Assembly: GCA_963803805.1 (NCBI GenBank) | Contig: CAWDOD010000011.1 | Coordinates: 544,001 to 608,000, forward strand | DNA: 64,000 bases | DNA from: an uncultured cyanobacterium | Lineage (GTDB): Bacteria; Cyanobacteriota; Cyanobacteriia; Cyanobacteriales; CAWCAG01 | Direction of reading: 5' to 3' | In this document: positions 62,078 through 64,000 of the stretch, piece by piece | Layout of the letters: every line of letters begins with the position of its first letter | Numbering within the stretch: the first letter of the stretch is position 1 | Notes under the pieces: generated by a model | What the model was told of the DNA's origin: nothing | Database searches by the model: none | What the model saw: only the letters and a program-made list of their open reading frames with translations | Program-made: the position numbers and the translations under genes

Positions 62078-62244
62078 AAAGATTATTTTTCTTGCTTCAA
62101 GAAAGTATATACAGTTAAGTCGTGTTGCTGACTAAAAAAAAGCTAGAATAGAGTCAGGGATTGAACCACTCTATGACCATAAGCCTTACCCTCTACAGCG
62201 ACTGCTAATTTCAGACCAATTTAATTTTAAAAAGCATAACTAAT

Positions 62245-63210
62245 ATGGAATGGACTCCGGTACTAATTGAGAAAAAAATCAAAATTGATTTTAAAGACAA
62301 GGAACTCCTACGTTTAGCATTAATGCACAAATCCTATGCTCAATTAATTGGTGATCCTGAAGGCAATAATCAGCGTTTAGAATTTTTAGGAGAAACGCTC
62401 TTTAACTTAATAATTACTGATTATTTTTATCATAATTTTGGTTATATGGAAATCAATAAGCTCAAAGCTGTTCGGGAAAAACTGACAGCAGGAGAGCGGC
62501 TGACTAAATTATGGTATAACTTGGACTTAGGAGAAGCTTATCCTTTTTTAGGTCTAAAAGAGGAAAGGCATCGTTTGCGAGTTAAGCCTCAAAATCCTTT
62601 TGCCGATGCTTTAGAAGCATTAATAGCGGCAATTTCTTTAGATAGAGGTTTCTCTCAAGCCCGTAATTGGAGTGTTAAGAATTTAATTGCCCCTGTATTA
62701 GAAAAGCACCTCCAAGATGATCAAGAACGTCTTGACCCCCAAAAGCAACGTAACTTGCTGAGTAATGCCCTCTTAAAAGCAATTGTTAGCAACTATTTGT
62801 ACAATAATTTCCCTAGTGTAGAAGTAAAAAGACTGAAGGGATTATGTAAAGAAATAACAGCCAGCCAAGCTATAGCTGAATACAATAATCAGCTCAAACC
62901 AGAAGACTTAACTATATTAGAAGAAAAGCCAGAAAAGGTTCCTGATAAACCATTTAAGGCTTTATTAGCAGCAATTTACTTAGACTATAATGCTACTAAT
63001 ACTAAAAGTAGTTTTAACCGAACTAGTGAATGGTTTATAAATAAGTTTATTGATCAAGAAGACTTGTTGCGTAGGACTATTTTGTTATTACTCAAAGATG
63101 AAAAACCACAAAAATGGATTATTCACAATGTGATGGGTTACGAAAGCAGGGATTATCATGCAGGAAGGGATCGTTTCAATGAATTGGTTGGAGAGAAAAT
63201 AGAAACTTGA
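62245..63210 (+). CDS. RNase III-family protein with a second degenerate RNase III-like domain
   Basis: ALMHKSY, QRLEFLGE, ADALEALIAAI; no recognisable dsRBD. Confidence 0.8.
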   Translation: MEWTPVLIEKKIKIDFKDKELLRLALMHKSYAQLIGDPEGNNQRLEFLGETLFNLIITDYFYHNFGYMEINKLKAVREKLTAGERLTKLWYNLDLGEAYPFLGLKEERHRLRVKPQNPFADALEALIAAISLDRGFSQARNWSVKNLIAPVLEKHLQDDQERLDPQKQRNLLSNALLKAIVSNYLYNNFPSVEVKRLKGLCKEITASQAIAEYNNQLKPEDLTILEEKPEKVPDKPFKALLAAIYLDYNATNTKSSFNRTSEWFINKFIDQEDLLRRTILLLLKDEKPQKWIIHNVMGYESRDYHAGRDRFNELVGEKIET

Positions 63211-63320
63211 TAAGCTGTTACCCTTCTAAACGACATATTATTTAGTTAAAAGTTATTTTTGTAAACATTGCAACAATTGGGAAATATTCTTACCTAACCC
63301 CCTCTACGCTTCAACAATTA

Positions 63321-64000
63321 TCAATTGGCTAAATCTGCCTGTAAAAAATCTACAAACTGCCTTGCAGAACGTCCTGAACGCCCGTTATGCCTAGTCGCCC
63401 ATTGTTTTGCGCGGTATTCTAACTCCTCTGAAGGGAGTTTGATTGCTGCTTCCGTGGCTAAATGGTGAACAATGGTGAGATAGGTATTTTGATTCGCAGG
63501 TTCAAAGGTTAATGTTAAACCGAAGCGATCGCTAAAAGATAGTTTTTCTTGCATAGTATCCCAACTATGAACTTCATCATTATCTCTAGGACGAGGGCGA
63601 TCAGCAAAAAACTCTCTAATTAGATGTCTGCGGTTGGAAGTGGCGTAAACCACAACATTATTAGCCCTGGCGGTGACACTACCTTCTAAAACAACTTTCA
63701 AAGCTTTGAATGCGTCATCATCTTCTTCAAAGGAAAGATCATCAACAAAGATGATGAATTTTTGAGGTAAGGGACGCAATCTCTCTACAATTAAGGGTAA
63801 ATCCTGCAATTGCAACTTACTCACCTCAATTAAGCGTAAACCGCGATCGCCATACTTTTGTAATAATCCCTTAACCAAGGAGGATTTACCTGAACCTCGA
63901 CTACCATAAAGAATGACGTGGAGGGCATTATAGCCGTTGAGGAGGAATTCTGTATTTTTTAGCAAAGCCTCTTTTTGAGACTCATAACCCACCAGGGAGT
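63321..64000 (-). CDS. DUF815-type AAA ATPase, 3' part
   Basis: GSRGSGKSS, FVDDLSF, YATSNRRHL, GRSGRSA. Confidence 0.88.
   Translation of the reverse strand, partial: SLVGYESQKEALLKNTEFLLNGYNALHVILYGSRGSGKSSLVKGLLQKYGDRGLRLIEVSKLQLQDLPLIVERLRPLPQKFIIFVDDLSFEEDDDAFKALKVVLEGSVTARANNVVVYATSNRRHLIREFFADRPRPRDNDEVHSWDTMQEKLSFSDRFGLTLTFEPANQNTYLTIVHHLATEAAIKLPSEELEYRAKQWATRHNGRSGRSARQFVDFLQADLAN

Overview
Cyanobacterial chromosome segment (abundant HIP1 GCGATCGC sites, heptamer STRR repeats, psaA/psaB). Core genes include upp, miaB, sppA, fni, holA, cobH (frameshifted), psaAB and xth, plus an IsaR1-like iron-stress sRNA with a Fur-box promoter. An accessory block of about 19 kb (5.1-24.1 kb) contains two identical, inverted IS4-family copies whose four ends each cut a different gene with no matching target duplications. 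Between them lie an xisHI pair flanked by a duplicated WD40 gene end, and a co-oriented cluster: transmembrane STAND-WD40 protein, L,D-transpeptidase, signal-peptide TPR-CHAT protease, Tat-signal caspase and secreted LRR protein. The caspase and two TPR-CHAT paralogues share a conserved ~55-60 bp upstream module. Further along are tandem Crp regulators with candidate operators and unannotated Zn-ribbon microproteins, a decaying SBP/PAS-kinase/response-regulator locus, a pseudokinase, a knotless phytochrome-CBCR kinase, three tandem signal-less amidases and a candidate new sRNA. All calls are from motif recognition by eye; no database searches were run.
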